From Lama glama (lineage: Eukaryota): a stretch of DNA of 64,000 nucleotides. The DNA lies in assembly GCA_028534125.1 (NCBI GenBank), contig CM052816.1, positions 19,780,001 to 19,844,000 on the forward strand. The letters are read 5' to 3'. The position numbers and the translations under genes were made by a program. The notes beneath the pieces were generated by a model that did no database searches, was not told where the DNA came from, and saw only the letters and a program-made list of their open reading frames with translations. Shown here piece after piece: positions 60,201 through 64,000 of the stretch. Each line of letters starts with the position of its first letter. The first letter of the stretch is position 1.

Positions 60201-61469
60201 TGTGACTTTAAGGAGGGCCTGAGCCAGCTAGGGTGTCCCAAGGTGACCAGAAACCAGCAATGCAGTAAGGATGAATGGTGGTATGAACAGAGGCTCAGAC
60301 TTGGCACATTGAAGAGTAGGGGCAAGGGGCTACCCTATTTTAGAATACTGAAAGCTTGGGTCTTCCCAGGCCTCCTTCAGAGGCAAGTCTCCATAGCAGG
60401 AGTTTACCCATCTGTATAGTGGGCACTGAGTTCCTAAGCCACTGAAAATGCTCCTCCAGAATCAAATGCCTCCTTCTTTCCCTCATTTAGGTTTTTCAGC
60501 TCTTCCACATCCCTTGCTGATTTCTTAGGACCTGATACTCTATCCTGGCTCTTAGGAACATTAGCACTAATTCTGATGTGACTGGGACTTGGTCTCACTC
60601 CAACCCATGAACAGGTCATCCTTCCAGTCCAGCCAGCTCTCCCCTCCAGGAGAAGCATGTTTCCTCAAGACTGAGGGGAATAGGAATGGGTAGTTTCAGG
60701 CCTTCAGGGAGAGGATGGCTGGGCAGAATCCCTCGGTGAAGATTACAGATATGGTCTCCTCATCCTGGTGAATCTTTTAAGCAGAACTGGACCTCAGTAG
60801 GTGAGGTCCACTTGCAACAGTGAAAGCAATAGTGGGCACAGGCAGCCTTCTTGTGCAGCCTATACTTTTGGGAGATGACTCACTGGGCCCTAAGCCATAC
60901 TTCTGGCTCTGCCTCAGAAAAACTCCTGCACTCAGTCCATTGCTGAAAACAGACAGATGGACAGAAGGGCAGAGCACTCTGAGCCCTTTGTGGGGCACAA
61001 TTCCCAGTTCTGAGCTGTGACAATCACTCACCCTCCCTGCCTGGCCATGGGAACACAGGAGAGCCATATTCTAGGCTAAGTTAGTCATGCCCTAACTCTA
61101 GAAGGCATGGCTGGAGAGTCTGGCAACTCATCCTGCCCTGGAAGGGGTTGTTTAATTCTATCTTTGACAGAGGCTCCTGGGGTTTCTGGCACGGCCTGAA
61201 TTTCTATCTCGAGGTTTACATATCTGCGACCAGGAGTCAGAAAATAAGGTCCTTAAGCCAAACAGGAAATTTTATCCCAGTTGTTTTTAAAGCATCCCAA
61301 ACTTTATCTGGCTGACTGGAGTCATTTTAGATACAGGAGTAAAGCAGTAAGCAGGGAACATTCTTCCTATTTCAAAGATGAAATGATAGAGGCCTAATAG
61401 ATTATGTCAGTGCTGGGAAAGTTCTTACCCAGTTTAAACTTTTGCTTTACCAAGTGAAATCTGTCCATC

Positions 61470-61880
61470 TGTTCATTCATGCATTCATTTAGTACCTACT
61501 ACTGGACAGGTCTCTTGCCAGGGGCTAGGGAAACAACAGTGATTAAGACAGAATCTCTCTCTCATTGAAGGCACAGTCTGCTGGGGAGGCAAATTACAGC
61601 AAATAAACAAATAAACAAAAACTCCTAATGAAGGGAAAGAAGTAATAGAACTTGGGTCTACGAGAATATTTACCTAAAGAACCTGACCTGGATCAAAAAT
61701 CAGTTCTTCCCTGAGAAAGCAGAGACGTGAAGGATGAGTTAAACAAACAAAGAAGCAGGCAGAGGGAACAGCATTTGCAAAGCATGTGCAAAAAGACCTG
61801 GAAGCTCAGGAGGGACAGGCCCAGAAAGGAAAGGTCACCTGGAGAGCTGGAGACCATGACTGAGGCTTTGGGATTCTTGC
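61470..61880 (-). mobile_element. L2 3' fragment
   Basis: gttcattcatgcattcatttagtacctact...gcagagggaacagcatttgcaaag. Confidence 0.6.
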
Positions 61881-62579
61881 CTATATTCTTCCACCATATC
61901 CCACATCCCAACACCCCCAAGTTTCATGGCCTCACACATCACTTTCAGCCCCTACTGGGCCATTCACTGCACCCCCAGGTGCCTAGGAGGGCTCAAAGAC
62001 AAATCATAGAGTGCAGAATATCAGAATTACGCAAAGAACATATACGAGGTATCCAACTTTGTTGAAGCCCCTCCAGGCCCCTGTGGCTGGTGGCAGCCTC
62101 TAACTTGAGCTAAGATCTAGTCTAGGCCCCTCTAGGGCCAAAAATTGCTTTTATTGCCAAACAGAGAAAGTATTCCAGCAGAGTTCAAGTTGGGGAAGGG
62201 GGAGAAATGCTGTTGGTCATGAACTATCTGTATTCAAAAAGCAGAGTTTCTGAGTGTTGCTGATTGACTGGGATATCTGGCTTGTAGGTCAGGCAAGCAC
62301 TGGGTTGGCTAGGAGTGATCAGATGTGGAACTGGGGCATCTGCTTCAGCATTATGGTGTCTAGCAGCCTCTGTGTGTACATGACATACCCAAATCAAGAT
62401 CTGGGTGCCCAATCAGGTCTCTACTGATGTCAGCAGACTAGATAGCCAGACTGGGGATTATCATTTGCCACTGGCCTTCAATTCTTTACCTATAAAAGGG
62501 TATGGAGCCCCCTAGGTCCCCACACCCTGAGACCAGTTCAGCTAACAATTGTTTGCTGAATGCAACTGTCGATCTGCAA

Positions 62580-63150
62580 TCTATATCCTCAACACCTAAG
62601 CCGGGGTCCCCTTCCTTTCCCTCACCCCCAAATACTGTGTTGAATTCTACCTCTTCTCATATTCCACTGTGTTTGCCCTAGTCCAGGCCACCATTATTGC
62701 TCACGCAAAGGCATTTACCGTCTCCAAACTTTTCACCTCCAGCTCATGGTCTATGTAGCAACTAGAATCATCTGTCTAAAATGTCACTTTTCTTCTTAAA
62801 ACCCTCCCTCAACTGCCTTTGACCATCAGGACAAAGCCCTGGGGTTTGCACCCCCAAGCAGTCGACCTCTCCAACCACAGCCCTGCATGTCCTTCTCATA
62901 TACCAGGCTCAGCCACGGTGAAATTCCAGCTTCTCCAAAGTCATGCTCCCTCTCACTGTTATGCCTTTGCCAGTGGTGTTCTCTCACTGTGGAATGATCT
63001 TCTCACCTTCACCTGGCCACCTACTGCTTACTTTTCAAATGTCAGTTTAGATGCCAATACTGTGGAGCCTTCCCTGACATCCCTAAATTGGGGTTAGGTA
63101 GTCCCATTTGGTGCATTCCAGTCCCTTATCCCTCCTTAAATATTTATTTG
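62580..63150 (+). mobile_element. L2 3' fragment
   Basis: ccctagtccaggccaccattatt...tgcctttgcc...ctgtggaatgatcttc. Confidence 0.55.
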
Positions 63151-64000
63151 AATTGGAGTGTAGGGGAGAGATGTAGTCTCTCAGGTTATTTAGAGAAGAC
63201 ATCTACCCCCATGCCTCGAAACTGCCTAGAAGCATGGGCTGGAGTCCCTGGAAAAGGAGATGGCAGCAGAGCCTTGCTTCTCCCTCCAGTTCCTACCCTA
63301 AGTGGGGGCGGCCCATTTAATCCCTCAGGTGAACTCTTCTCCTGAGCCACACTGTAAGGAGAATCACTGCTTTGCCAGCAAGGCACACAGTGTTCCAAGC
63401 TGATATGCCAGAATATTGGGCCTACAGGGGCCAGGCAAGGGCCCAGGTTGGAGAAAGGAAGGCCAGGGTTCAAACTCTGCCTCTTTCTAGCTGACCGAGT
63501 GACCATGCCATTAAGGCTGCCTGACTTCCAGTTCAGCTCAGTCTGGGCTTGCAGTGGGGGTTGTGCTAGGCAAAGAGGACTCTCCAGAGGCCTGGTTGCC
63601 TTTTGAACTTGAGTTTCTGGCTTTTGGGTGAATAGAATGAATATCCTCCTATGACCTAGAAATGCCTTCCTGGGGCTCTGTTCTTTGAAAGAAATCAAAG
63701 GTTCCCACAGACTGACCTTGAGGACTTTTTTCCAAAGGCAACCCAAGTCAACACTTTCCGAAACCTTTTACCAACTCTGCTCCTCCCACCAACATCCTGC
63801 CACCACCATGTCGAGTGGTTACTTAAGGTTCCCAAGGGCCCCCTATCCTGTTGGGTAAAATGGGCACCCATGTGCATGCCTGACTATTGACTGGGGATAA
63901 TTCTAGGGAAAGGAGAGTTGGGATGACACATCCTCTTTTTTGTGTGTATGCTTCTGTATGTGAGAATGTTTTTACAAGCATGTATTACTCCTATAATTAA

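Overview
Mammalian genomic DNA, most likely a camelid: it has tRNA-Ala-derived Vic-1-type SINEs and cetartiodactyl-type L1 3' ends, and I saw no Alu, B1, Bov-tA or PRE-1. The left quarter is the 5' end of JADE2 (PHF15, a PHD-finger scaffold of the HBO1/KAT7 histone acetyltransferase complex) on the minus strand. A ~3.7-kb CpG island (~11.0-14.8 kb) holds several candidate alternative first exons, followed by coding exon 2 (4013-3956, MEEKRRKYSISSDNSDTTD) and exon 3 (1886-1798). The rest of the gene lies beyond the left edge. The ~49 kb upstream has no recognisable genes: ancient L2/MIR/hAT/MaLR/ERVL repeats, a nested L1 cluster at 38-48.6 kb, younger lineage SINE/L1 insertions with target-site duplications (TSDs), and a small GC-rich enhancer-like element near 51 kb. 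I see no new multi-gene system. The most interesting structure is at the JADE2 5' end. Exon 2 begins exactly at the ATG, so each alternative first exon supplies a different Kozak context. One adds an in-frame 16-aa extension plus a uORF whose stop would be created by the splice junction (UGAUG). Another supplies an AUG opening a +1-frame ORF across exons 2-3. Gene and repeat names come from recall of known sequences, not database searches, and repeat boundaries without TSDs are approximate.
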